From NCBI RefSeq assembly GCF_964204645.1, contig NC_134033.1:6888555-6952554 (forward strand): 64,000 nucleotides of DNA, read 5' to 3'. Source of the DNA: Tubulanus polymorphus. Taxonomy: Eukaryota; Animalia; Nemertea. How positions within the stretch are numbered: the first letter of the stretch is position 1; each line of letters starts with the position of its first letter. The position numbers and the translations under genes were made by a program. Under the pieces are notes generated by a model, which worked only from the letters and a program-made list of their open reading frames with translations, did no database searches and was not told where the DNA came from. Shown piece by piece: positions 12,081-23,709 of this stretch.

Positions 12081-12276
12081 CTTTCCTGACGATTTGAGCG
12101 CTTTTACGCATCGACACTGTCGTTTTTTCCGATAGGGGGAATGTTTGATACGAAAATGTTTTTTCTCGCGCTGAACGACGTTTTCGGGTCGAAAAGTGCT
12201 TTTCCTGACGATTTGAGCGCTTTTACGCATCGACATTGTTGTTTTTCCGATAGGGGGAAAATTTGATAAGAAAACA
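12081..12276. repeat. ~1.7 orphan monomers of the 118-bp satellite between the two Polintons
   Basis: ctttcctgacgatttgagcgcttttacgcatcgac…; edge-type variants (tttgata, cgggtc) as in 35988-38550. Confidence 0.97.
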
Positions 12277-12687
12277 AGTAATAGGGATAATAGGCTTTCA
12301 AGCCAAAGGTCGAACGGTCGAGCTCATTAAAAAACAAAACATTAAAAGTAATTTAAAACTATAATATATTTTCATAACCGTGTGTATTTTATATTATAAC
12401 TAAATATTTATTCTAAGATATCAATAATTTAAAAAGCATATTGTATTAAATCATTAAATACACAAATTCATATAATCAAATATATTTTAATAATAATAAT
12501 TATTCTATTATTCAACTGAAATACATACGGTTATGAAAATATATTATAGTTTTGAATTACTTTTAATGTTTTGTTTTTAATGAACTCGACCATTCAACCT
12601 TTAACCTGAAAGCCTATTATCCCTATTACTCTTAGAATAATCATATACATGAATAAAATTTAAATTGACAGATTATTCAATATAAAA
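12277..12687. repeat. Left TIR of element B (self-complementary 12277-12389 / 12518-12630)
   Basis: Reverse complement of 35526-35987 apart from a ~50-bp deletion of the GC hairpin. Confidence 0.95.
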
Positions 12688-12836
12688 GTATATATTTACA
12701 ACATTATTTCAATATTTATATTTGTATGAGTTAGATTTTTAAACATTAAAAGTGTTAGTAAAGTGTGATTGAAATAATACATAATTTAAATCATTGAACT
12801 TCTAAAATCAATTTTAATAACAATTTCAGTATTAAA

Positions 12837-15800
12837 ATGGAAGCAAATAAGTACTACTGTCCAACATGTAATATCAATATAGATAAATCCCAAAAAGCAA
12901 GACACAATAAAACTAAAACACATTTAGAGAATAAATTGAAACTAGAATATAAAGATGATATATTAGAAATTAATTAGATGAATAAAAGAATGAAAAAGAA
13001 ACATACAAATGTGATCATGTAATCAATCATTCAGTGATAAAAGATATCATAATGAACATTTAAAATCTAAAAGTCATATTAGAAATAAGAATAATGATAT
13101 TTTAGGTAAAGATTATTTTGATAAAGATAATGATAAGAAACAGAAGACAATTAAAAGCATAAAAAATAAATTAAACAATAAAAGACCATACATGGAAGAT
13201 GTAAGAAAATATATTAATTCATTCGATAATAAAAAAGATATAGAGATAACCGAAGCATTTAAAAGTGATATTGGCCCAGCAGCTATCGAGTTTAAATTTC
13301 ATAAAGGAAAAACATTAGAAGAAAATAAAAAACATTTAGAAAATATGAAAAATATTATAAAAATAATAACTGATGTTGAATATCCTAAAATTAGTATATC
13401 TTCTAAAGTTAAATTCATAAAATCTGAAGATAAACCAATATATAATATAAATTCTCATTCACAACATATTATATCTAAACAACATATAGATGAAAAATTA
13501 GATAAATGTTATAATGAAGTAAAAACTAAAATAGAAGAGAAATATTTTGAAGGATCTGGTTTAATATTCGATGAAATAATATTTATGACTTTACATGTTT
13601 ATAACACAAAATATAATAAGTTAACTAAATCAAAACCAATAGATGAAAATAATGTATCATATTATAAAGAACCAGATATTGAAGCATCAAGTTATATTAA
13701 ACTACCATTTAAAACTAATGCTGTAACAAATGTACAAAATGAAGATGATAAATGTTTTCTATGGGCTATAATAAGTTGTTTACACCCAGTTGAAGATTAT
13801 AAACAACATAGTTTTAGATTAACTCATTATAAACAATTTGAAAATAATTATAAGATAGATAAGTATCCTGTCATAATTAAAAACATCCCAAAAATAGAAA
13901 GAGATAATAATTTAAGAATAAATGTATTTGATTTAATCAAATTACCAAATACAAAAGGTAACAACATAAAACATTATACATTAGAACCTTTATACCTATC
14001 AAAAGATTATGATTCAAACGATGTTATAGATAAACTATATTATGAGAATCATTATATGTGGATTAAACAAATAGATTTATTCTTTAGAACAGAAAGTGAT
14101 CACCATAATAAAATATATCTATGTAGAAAATGTTTACATAGATTCAGTAATGAAAGTACATTATTAAATCATAAACAATTATGTGAAAATCATGATTATT
14201 GTAAATTAGTTTTACCAAATGAAAAGGATAAAATATTAGAATTCAAAAAATATGATTACAAAAATAAGGTACCATTTGTTATATATGGAGATTTTGAATC
14301 ATTAAATAAAGAATTAACTGATCAAGATAGAAAAGAAATATATTATAAAAGAAAGAAAGTAAATGCTAATGAAAATGATTATTCTGAAGAACCACCAAAA
14401 ACAAATACTATTAAAAAGATTCATCAATCAGCTGCAGCTTTCGGGTTATATATTAAATCTGATTATCCAGAACTAATTGAAAGTGAATATTATCATAACA
14501 GAAATGAAAATTTTATCAATCATTTTTGTGACTTATTAATTGAATATGAAATAAGATTTAGTAAATTATTGAATACAAATATAGAAATTATAATGACAGA
14601 AGAAGATAAAGAAGAATTTGCGTTTGCAGATAAATGTTATTATTGTGAAAAGATATTTAATTATAAAGATAAAAAAGTAAGAGACCATGATCATTTGAAT
14701 GGAAAGTTTAGAGGCGCTGCACATGAGAATTGTAACTTACAAGCTAAGAAAATTACTTTTTACCAGTTATATTTCATAATCTATCAGGATATGATGCGCA
14801 TTTATTCATCAAACAGTTATGTCATAAAATAGAAGAAATTAATAATGAAATAGAAAGATTAAATTCAAATAGATCAAAAGATAAAATACCAACTTATAAA
14901 TTTAGAATGTTAGCTAAAACATCTGAGATTTATATATCATTCCAATTTGGTTGCCTAAGATTTATAGATTCATATAGATTTTTAAATAGTTCATTAGATA
15001 ACTTATCAAAATCATTAGTTGATGATGAATTGAAAATATTAAAACAACACTATCCAAATAATGATGATTTTCAATTAATGAGATATAAAGGCGCAATTCC
15101 ATATTCTTTCTATAAAAATCATAATGATTTCAATATAACTGAATTATTAAAAGAGCAATTGTTTCAAAATAGAAAATCATGAGCAATTAGTAGATATATA
15201 TTTAAAATCAGATGTATTATTATTAACCGATATATTCGAAAGGTTTAGAGATGTAAACCTAAAATATTTTAATATTGATCCTTGTCATTGTTATTCTAGT
15301 CCAGGTTTAACATGGGATTGTGGATTAAAATTTACAGATATAAAAATGGATTTGTTAACAAATACAGATCAATTACTTTTATTCGAAAAATCTATAAGAG
15401 GAGGAGTTTCAGGTGTATTAGGTGATATTTATTTCAATGTAAATGATAACCCTGGATATAAGTTATTATATATAGATGCAAATAATTTATATGGTTGGGC
15501 AATGCTCCTTATGGAGTATTTGAAATAAGTGAAGTTTTACAGAATGAAAATAATGACAAATTTGATTGGAAGAAAAGAAATCTAGATATTGCAGATGATT
15601 CAGATACTGGTTACTTTTTTGTTGTAGATTTAGAATATCCTGAACATATTTAATTTAAATCTAGAAATCTGGCATACTGTCCAGAACATAAAACTGTAAC
15701 TCATGAAGAATTATCAAATTACCAAAAAAGAATTAAACCCGAAAATCATATTCATACAGAAAAGTTAATGGTAATGATAAATATAATTATGTAGTACATT

Positions 15801-16730
15801 ATAGAATGTTAAAGTTTTATTTGAATCAAGGAATGATTCTAAAAAAAGTACATAGATATATTTCATTCAGTCAATCTAAGTGGTTAGAAAAATATATAGA
15901 TTTTAACACCAAACAGAGAACTGAAGCTAAAACTGATTTCGAGAAAGATTTCTTCAAGTTAATGAATAATGCATTCTATGGTAAGACTTGTGAAAATATT
16001 AGAAATAGAAATGATATTGAGTAAGTCAGTAATGGTAAAAGAATTAGACATTTACAAACATATCCTAAGTTCATTGGTAACAGAATATTTGATGAAAATT
16101 TAGCTGCCGTTAAGATGAGAAGAACATCAATGAAATTTAATAAACCAATCTATGTTGGCGCATCAGTTTTAGAATTATCAAAATAACTAATGTATGAATT
16201 CTATTATAATGTATTACAACCACTTTTTGGAGAAAAACATATAGAAATATTATATTTTGATACCGACAGTTACATATTAAAGATAAAAACTGATAACATA
16301 ACTGATGATTTAAAAACATTAAAACATCATTTTGATTTCAGTAATTATCCTAAAGATCATGAATTGTTTAGCAATGATAATAAAAAAGTTCCCGGTTAAT
16401 TCAAAGATGAATTAGGTGGTGAAGAAATGATAGAGTTCATCGGTATTAGATCTAAAATGTATTCATATAAAACTAAAGAACATGAAGCTAAAAAGTTAAA
16501 AGGAATAACCAAAAGTGGAGAAGAATTTTCATTTCAAAGATTACATCAATTGTATATTCAATGAAGAAGTTAGAAAACATAAGATGAGATGTTTAAGATC
16601 TGAAGATCACGAGATGTTTATTGAAGAAATTGAAAAGTTTAGTTTGAATCCATTTGATGATAAAAGATATATTTTAGATGATGGAATTCATACAGTCGCG
16701 TATGGTTGCAATTTAGATGATTATCTATAA
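12837..16730 (+). pseudogene. Protein-primed family B DNA polymerase with N-terminal Zn fingers and endonuclease VII-like domain
   Basis: YGDFES (ExoI), RDHDHLNGKFRGAAHENCN (EndoVII-like), YIDANNLYGWAM (A), KLMNNAFYGK (B), YFDTDS (C); broken into many ORFs by frameshifts and stops. Confidence 0.95.
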
Positions 16731-16816
16731 TTTAAAAGAGCAGAAACAAGAGAGAATGATATTATGAACAGGATTATAACGTGTTAATCAAATTTTAATA
16801 AAAATATGTATTATAA

Positions 16817-17172
16817 ATGGAGAGTAAACAAGCACACAGTGAGAACAACAAATTATTTCTAGATAGAATATAAAAGATACTTCAAATGTCAAATCAGTAG
16901 ATTATAAGTTTAAGAAGTTAAAAGAATTAACAATCCATAAGAAATATCTAATTACAAATATTGATACAGTTACTAACAAATATGGAGATAAATTAGTTAT
17001 ACACTTAGAATATGAAGGATTAAAAGGAAATACATATAAATTCAGAACATATTTACCAGATAGATTTCATAGATTATCAAGTGAAGATTTAAAAGAATTA
17101 TGTTCTGGTGATTTCTATTTCGTATACAAAGGTAAGAATGAAAAAGGGCACCATGAAATAGATTTCGAATAA
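16817..17172 (+). pseudogene. Small basic protein, possible OB-fold ssDNA-binding protein (not in ORF track)
   Basis: TAAATG start; frameshift at ~16871, then FKKLKELTIHKKYLI…KYGDKLVIHL…FRTYLPDRF; homologue in element A. Confidence 0.6.
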
Positions 17173-17189
17173 GAAAATATGTAAAATAA

Positions 17190-17944
17190 ATGGTAGAATT
17201 AAAAGAATACAGAATACTTGTTGATTCTAGAAAACTTACAAATTATAAATCACATAATTTACTAGTTCAATTAGATAGAGAATTTATGAATTGTGTTGAT
17301 TTAAAATTAGTTAATATAAGTTTATGTAATTCTTTCATAATATATCGAATAAAAGTCTTGATCATTTAGCTTTTAAAATTCATGTTAGAAATTTGAATAA
17401 ATGGTTTCATCTTTATCTAAAACCAGGATTATATAATTTAGAAACATTAGCGCAAGAAATTAATTAAAGAGCTCCTTTAAAAATGGGCGCAGCTGCTAGA
17501 TTTGAAATTAAATTTATCAAAAGTGATAGTTCGAATAAAATAAGAATAAAGTTAACTAATGAACAACATAGATTTCTAGTAAGAAAACCTTTAGCTAAAC
17601 TGTTTGGAATTCTCCCGGATAGAGATTATTCAAGTATCGAAACTTATACAAATTTAGTGACTTTTACACATTTTTATATTTATTGCAATTTAATCAATCC
17701 TACAAAAACATTTGAAGCAACTAAAGATACAATTTGTAATTCTAGTATATTAAATATTTTACCATTAAAAAATGTCAAACAATTTGGAACTCAAATAAAT
17801 TATAATTTAACTGAATGTGATTTTAAACCTTGTATTCCACATTTCAATAATTTTAAATTAGAAATAACAAATCATAATGGTTATTTAATTGATTTGAATA
17901 ACTTTCCTGTGATATATGAATTAGTTATAAGATGTAAAGAGTAA
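17190..17944 (+). pseudogene. Putative minor capsid (penton, single jelly-roll) protein
   Basis: N-terminal ILVDS…SHN, KPGLYNLETL, YIYCNLI and C-terminal LEITNHNGYLIDLNNFPVIYELVIR resemble Polinton pentons; frameshifts and a stop in the 5' part. Confidence 0.7.
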
Positions 17945-17960
17945 TTTTTTCACTATATAA

Positions 17961-18317
17961 ATGAATATAACTGTTGGGCCGAGTATATGTTTTGGGTTTG
18001 ATTTTAAACATGAGAAAGAAATGAAATTCAACGTTAATGATGTAATTACACATATCAACAATATTGCATTTTCTAATGAAACGACATTTGAGTATGAAAC
18101 AACAATAGATAAAGAAACTTTAAATGTAGAAAAGATTACTAATTAAATTAGAGAATCTTTAAGATTTTATGAATTAGATGAAGATTTTATCATCGATGAT
18201 ATTAAAAAAATAATAATTGAAATATATACAAATGAAACTAGTAATGAAATAAATGTTGATTTAATCATCACTAAGATAACTAAATATTTTAATGATAGCA
18301 ATCTTTTTGATAAATAA
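17961..18317 (+). pseudogene. Hypothetical protein with one in-frame stop
   Basis: TATAAATG start; frame continues past TAA 18144 to TAA 18315-18317. Confidence 0.55.
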
Positions 18318-18539
18318 ATGAGTGATAATAAGTGGATAATAACTGGATTATATAATGGCGCATTACTATCAGTTGGAACTGTTGGTTATTCAATGGTACT
18401 AAAAAAAGTATTTAAAATGGGAAGTGTTAATGTTGATAGATTTGATATAAATGATATTTTAAAATTAACATTAGCAGTTACTTTATCTAATTTAACTATT
18501 GATTATTTGGAAAAACAAAGATATATTCCTCCCATATAA
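18318..18539 (+). CDS. Small hydrophobic (membrane) protein, 73 aa
   Basis: TAAATG start; two hydrophobic stretches. Confidence 0.7.
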   Translation: MSDNKWIITGLYNGALLSVGTVGYSMVLKKVFKMGSVNVDRFDINDILKLTLAVTLSNLTIDYLEKQRYIPPI

Positions 18540-18563
18540 ATACATAATTATTATACTAAATAA

Positions 18564-18986
18564 ATGGCTTCTGCAATTATAACTATTATATGATCGGCAA
18601 TTGTTGACGCTTTAGCATTTACTGGTGGTGGTTATTTATTCAAGCATATTGATAAAAATGGTTCATTAACAGAACAAAAAATACATAACTTAGCATTAGA
18701 GAAATATAATAAAGCAGCGGAAGAATATAGAGAAAAACGACAAAACTATATGGATTATATTAACAAGGAATTATATGATCAGAAGATTTCACATAGAGAT
18801 TTTCAATCAGTTGATGATGCAATGAGTTTATATAACGCGGTAACCAATAAAGAAAAATTACATCTATACAAACCTAAATTATCAGATTATTATACGCCAA
18901 GTAAAGAACAACAGAAATATGAAATAATTTGGATTTTAGGTGGAACAGTTATTGTTATATTTGTTGCTTATAAGTTTACTAATTAG
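18564..18986 (+). pseudogene. Membrane protein with N-terminal hydrophobic helix, coiled coil and C-terminal TM
   Basis: MASAIITII*SAIVDALAFTGGGYLF…HNLALEKY… joins ORF 18750-18986 across a frameshift. Confidence 0.7.
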
Positions 18987-19005
18987 TAATTTTTTTGCTA
19001 AATAA

Positions 19006-19440
19006 ATGGAAGATAAAGTTGATAATATTGATATTATTCCTCATGATATAAATAAAACTAAATTAAAAATATATTTAGAAAAACAAATATTAGAATTTGA
19101 AAGTGACTTAAAGATAAAAAAGAAAAAATATTTAAAAAGTAAAATTATATATTATTTGATTATAAGTGGTTCGGTTACAATTAGTTCTGTAATAACATTT
19201 CTAGCAATATTCAGCCCATTAACACCTTTAGCTATATCAATTGGCGTATTAGGATTAAATTCAAGTGTTTTAACTGGTATAAGTTCAAAATTAAATATAA
19301 AAAGTAATAAAGAAAAAATTAAAACTAATATAAAAGAAATTGATAAATTGAAGAATACACTAGAGTATATAATAAGTTTAAATGGCCGTATAACAGTTGA
19401 AGAACAAGATAAATTATTAAAAGAATTAATAAATTATTAA
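19006..19440 (+). CDS. Two-TM protein flanked by coiled coils, 144 aa
   Basis: Intact ORF; hydrophobic IIYYLIISGSVTISSVITFLAIF and LAISIGVLGLNSSVLTGI. Confidence 0.75.
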   Translation: MEDKVDNIDIIPHDINKTKLKIYLEKQILEFESDLKIKKKKYLKSKIIYYLIISGSVTISSVITFLAIFSPLTPLAISIGVLGLNSSVLTGISSKLNIKSNKEKIKTNIKEIDKLKNTLEYIISLNGRITVEEQDKLLKELINY

Positions 19441-19456
19441 TTTTTTAATTATATAA

Positions 19457-20770
19457 ATGGCAGAAGCTTTCCAATGTAATAAATCAATTAAATATAATAT
19501 TCCAGCAATAGATTTTAATAAAGATATTACATATAGAAATGAAGTTTTAAATTCATTAATTGATTTATATATTTATGTTACTGAAAGTAATAATTTTCAT
19601 GTAAAGATGGAAAATATATTTCATGTGTATACAATTAATTTCAAAAATTTAAATGAGGCAAAACAATGGTTATTAAAATCTAATATGAAGTATTGGCAGA
19701 ACCAATTAAATTTTGCTGTTTATTGCGCAACAACAGGATGTGGTATAAGTTGGAATGATCATTTAAACAAACCAAGTTTACCATTGATGTTATCACTTTT
19801 TAGATTTCATACATATTTTCAAATAAAATTAATATTAGATGAATTAGAATGTCCTTTACCAGGTTCAAAATATTTCAAAGAATTGAATAATAATATTAAT
19901 TTTTCTAAGTTTTATAAAATATGTAATGAATTTAATATTAATTCAAATAAAGATTTTAGAGCAAAAATTGGAACAATGGGTGGATTAGGAATATTGTATA
20001 CTAAAGAATTTGGAAAAATATTGACAAATTCAGATATAAGAACACTAAATTGGAATGAAATACCAAAATATTATAATAATATACAACAACAAAACAATAA
20101 TGGTTGGGTTAATTTCATTTTAGAAAATAGTGAAGGTTTTACTAAAGCTGGTATACAAAGAATAAATCAATCTATTAGAACTTATTTGATATGTATTTTA
20201 GGTGCGCAGGTTGAAACAAGATCCCCAATAATTGGAAATGATAACACTTCATTCGATGCGCAGAAACAATTCAAAGTATTATTTGAAGATTCAATTCATA
20301 ATGATAAAAATAGATCGATTCCGGAAAACATTGTAAGATATCAAAATTATTTAGATAAATCACATATTAGATTAAATAATTGTATAGGCCCTAATCTATT
20401 AATTATTTCTAATGATTTAGTATTAAAGATAGGAAACATAATTGGTTACAATAATCTAATTAAAACTGCAACAATAAATAATTCATTTGGATTAAATGAT
20501 ATAAATCAAAAGATTTTTACTGCTGCAAAATTAATGGAAGGTGAAAAAAATAAAAAACATATTCAATCAACAGAAACTAAAACTAAGAATATTAAATTAA
20601 ATAATGATTCTAAAATAAAAGATTACAATACATCAGAAAATATAAAAACTGATAATATTCAACATGATATAATTAAACTAAATGATGATAATAAATCCCA
20701 TGAAAATGCTAAATTAGCTTTAACTTGTATAGGAATTGTAATTGGAGGAATATTATATTTTAAATTTTAA
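19457..20770 (+). CDS. Polinton-associated protein with C-terminal membrane anchor, 437 aa
   Basis: Intact ORF; WQNQLNFAVYCATTGCGIS and FRFHTYFQI motifs; terminal LALTCIGIVIGGILYFKF. Confidence 0.85.
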   Translation: MAEAFQCNKSIKYNIPAIDFNKDITYRNEVLNSLIDLYIYVTESNNFHVKMENIFHVYTINFKNLNEAKQWLLKSNMKYWQNQLNFAVYCATTGCGISWNDHLNKPSLPLMLSLFRFHTYFQIKLILDELECPLPGSKYFKELNNNINFSKFYKICNEFNINSNKDFRAKIGTMGGLGILYTKEFGKILTNSDIRTLNWNEIPKYYNNIQQQNNNGWVNFILENSEGFTKAGIQRINQSIRTYLICILGAQVETRSPIIGNDNTSFDAQKQFKVLFEDSIHNDKNRSIPENIVRYQNYLDKSHIRLNNCIGPNLLIISNDLVLKIGNIIGYNNLIKTATINNSFGLNDINQKIFTAAKLMEGEKNKKHIQSTETKTKNIKLNNDSKIKDYNTSENIKTDNIQHDIIKLNDDNKSHENAKLALTCIGIVIGGILYFKF

Positions 20771-20785
20771 TTTTTTATTATATAA

Positions 20786-22408
20786 ATGGATGAAGAAATT
20801 CCATTGGATCCTTTAGATGAACCCGGTATAAGTGATGAACAACAACCTGATTTTAGTGAAACAAGTTTTAGTAATGATAATAAAACAGAATATAATACTA
20901 ATTCAGGTGAAGATGATGATTATGATGATGATTCCGAATTACGTGAAAAATTATATAAATATTTAAAAGCTCCTGAAATTAGTAGAATTTCAACTAGAAG
21001 AGAAAGAAAAGAATTTATGGAACTATTAGTAGAACAACAAGAAAAATATCCTGATAAACATATGGAATTATATAAAATGAAATCTAGAGTAACAGATACA
21101 ATTGTTAACGAATTATTACCAATAGTTGTAATACATGATATTGATACAGAAGGTGTTGTAGAACAAATTTTTAAAGATGACCCATATTTCACGAATAATT
21201 TAGAATTTAAAAATGATTCATGGTATTATAATGTTAATTTAAATAACAAAATTGTATTAATTCAATTATCTAAAATGGGTCAAGAAAATATTTTTGAACC
21301 TGAAATGTTAGCAAGATCTACAATTGAACGTTCAAAAGGTGGCAAAGAATTTCTCAGAATTATATGGAATGCACTCGATAGAATAAATAAAGAAGAACCA
21401 ATTCCTAATATTGATATAAACAAATATTCACCATTTAAAAATCCATTTAAAAATCCAAATCCAAATCCTACTGATGTTGATCCAGAAATATCGAGAAGAG
21501 ATATTCAACAAATTGATAATGATTTAAGTCAATTACAATTAGTATTAGAAGAACAAATTGATAGATTAAGAGATACAGAAGAAGAGATGATTAGTACTGG
21601 AATAAATCGAATGCAATCTTTACTAGAAAAAGGATTACTTGATTTAACTGATGAAGAATTAGAAGCATTTCCTGAACAAATACGTAGAGAAATTAAAGGT
21701 ATACAAGTATCAGCTGATGAAAATGCTAATATTAAGATGAGATTTTCTAAAATAACCATGTTAGAAAAAGAATTAGCTAATGCAGATGAAGAATTAAAAC
21801 AATTAGAATTAAATAGAGATCTTAAAGTAATTTATAAAGCTGATTATGAAAGCGGAAAGTTAGCTTTAGTAAAAGAAATAGATGATTTAAAATATAATAT
21901 AGAATTACAGAAAGAAGAAAGAGATACATTATTAAAATCATATGATCTTAATCATATTAAAAAATTAAAAGTTATTTTTAAAGATTTGTTGATTAAACCA
22001 AATTCTGAAATATCATTAAAAGACAGAATAAGATTATTATTTAAGTTAGAAGGTATAACAATTCTTTCAATTCTAACATCTGTAACTATGGTATTTACAG
22101 CAATTGGTTTAGCAATATCAAATGCTTTGAAATCTACTCCTACTCCCAATAAACCGGATAAACCCCCAGATAATTATTCTATACAAGATAAAGTTAAAGA
22201 TGGTTTAAAGAAATTAGCAAAATATTTATGGGAACTATCTAAAAAATTAGCTGCAGCATTACCAGGAATTATTGCATCAATTGTTGGTTTTATATTGAAA
22301 TCTGCAGGAAACATTATTAACTTTGCTGCGGAACATATTATTTTATTTTTAATTACAGTTGTAAGTGCTATTATTTTTGGTTTAGTAAACATGATAAAAA
22401 ATAAATAA
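20786..22408 (+). CDS. Acidic/coiled-coil protein with C-terminal TM helices, 540 aa (candidate virion membrane or entry protein)
   Basis: Intact ORF; heptad-rich middle; three hydrophobic segments at the C-terminus. Confidence 0.85.
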   Translation: MDEEIPLDPLDEPGISDEQQPDFSETSFSNDNKTEYNTNSGEDDDYDDDSELREKLYKYLKAPEISRISTRRERKEFMELLVEQQEKYPDKHMELYKMKSRVTDTIVNELLPIVVIHDIDTEGVVEQIFKDDPYFTNNLEFKNDSWYYNVNLNNKIVLIQLSKMGQENIFEPEMLARSTIERSKGGKEFLRIIWNALDRINKEEPIPNIDINKYSPFKNPFKNPNPNPTDVDPEISRRDIQQIDNDLSQLQLVLEEQIDRLRDTEEEMISTGINRMQSLLEKGLLDLTDEELEAFPEQIRREIKGIQVSADENANIKMRFSKITMLEKELANADEELKQLELNRDLKVIYKADYESGKLALVKEIDDLKYNIELQKEERDTLLKSYDLNHIKKLKVIFKDLLIKPNSEISLKDRIRLLFKLEGITILSILTSVTMVFTAIGLAISNALKSTPTPNKPDKPPDNYSIQDKVKDGLKKLAKYLWELSKKLAAALPGIIASIVGFILKSAGNIINFAAEHIILFLITVVSAIIFGLVNMIKNK

Positions 22409-22428
22409 TTAATTTATTTGTTAAATAA

Positions 22429-23677
22429 ATGAGTTGGAGTTATATCAATCCTTCTAAGAATCATAGAATATCTAATGCTATTAAAGCAGAAAAGATCACA
22501 TCATATAATTACTCATAACCCTTCTAATATTAATCCCGATGAAACTTTATATGTTAGAATTCCTAGATTAACACAAAATACTTTTTATGTTCCAAATAGT
22601 ATTTATTTATCAGCCGATATAAAAGTAATCGGTAATAATAATAATTATGTCGTTGATAATGTTGGAAGATATTTGATTAAAAAATTAACTATAAAGATTG
22701 GTCCAGAAACAGTTTTCTCATTAGATGATTATAATTTATTTATGCATTATAAAGATTTATGGTTAACTAAAGAAAATAGGAATAATATGATATTTCAAGG
22801 CATCCAATCAGAAAACCAAAATAAATTAAGATCAGAAGCTAATAGCGCAATATTAACTAATGCTGTAGATAAATTGATAAAAAGTATATATGGAATCAAA
22901 TATAAAATTCCATTAGACTTTGAATTGATAAATAACAATGCACCTTTATATAAATACGCAATTCAAGAAGACGTTATATTCGAAATAACATTTGCTCCTG
23001 TAAATGAAATTGCAATATCTAGCGTTAATAAAGATATGAGTTATAAATTATCGAATATATGTTTAGAATATGATACAGTAACTGATGAAAATATTTCAAG
23101 TATAATTCAAACTCAATACAATCAAGGATTTTCATTATTATATGATTATATTGATAAATTTAAAACTTTAACTATAAATCCAAATGATGAAATTATTAAT
23201 GAGAATATTAACTTCCCAAGAAGATCTATTAAAGGTATATTAATACTTTTTACCATTGCAACATATACTAATGGCGCAATAAATGTTGATAATTATTATA
23301 ATCCTGAAATAACAAAAGTAGAAATAACTATCGAGGGAATAGCAAATAAAATATTTTGTCAAGGAATGAGAATGATTGATCAATGGCCAGAAATTAGAAA
23401 ACATTTTATGAATGATAAAGTAAAATCATCTGAAAATTGTAACATTAATCAAATTGATTATTATACCGGTAATAAATATGCATTATGGTTAGATTTTAGA
23501 ACAACAGAGGATAATTCATTACATGGTTCTGGAAAAAAACTACAGAACACTAAAGATGGAATACAATTATTCATGACAAAGAATAAAGGAATCAAAAATT
23601 TTAAAATGCACATTTATATTATATCTGACGCACAATTAAATATTGTAAATTCTCAATTAAATAGTGTTATGTATTAG
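22429..23677 (+). pseudogene. Putative major capsid protein with +1 A frameshift near the N-terminus
   Basis: True start TAAATG at 22429; gcagaaaagatc versus gcagaaagatc at 7317; the remainder is open (ORF 22475-23677). Confidence 0.7.
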
Positions 23678-23709
23678 AATTTTAACTTTAATAAAAATTT
23701 ATATAATAA

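Noticed and set aside
12271-12276. Canonical 6-bp Polinton TSD
   Set aside because: Left AAAACA versus right AAACAT; only the 5-bp AAACA matches and restores the satellite monomer.
12837-16730. Programmed frameshifting or alternative genetic code in pPolB and other genes
   Set aside because: Lesions are scattered, mix indels with different stop codons and mostly differ between copies, so this is ordinary decay (some homopolymer errors are possible).
20920-22392. Minus-strand ORFs opposite the 540-aa gene (and similar ones at 6152, 6945, 24240, 29362)
   Set aside because: Antisense shadows of AT-rich coding sequence without the TAAATG context.
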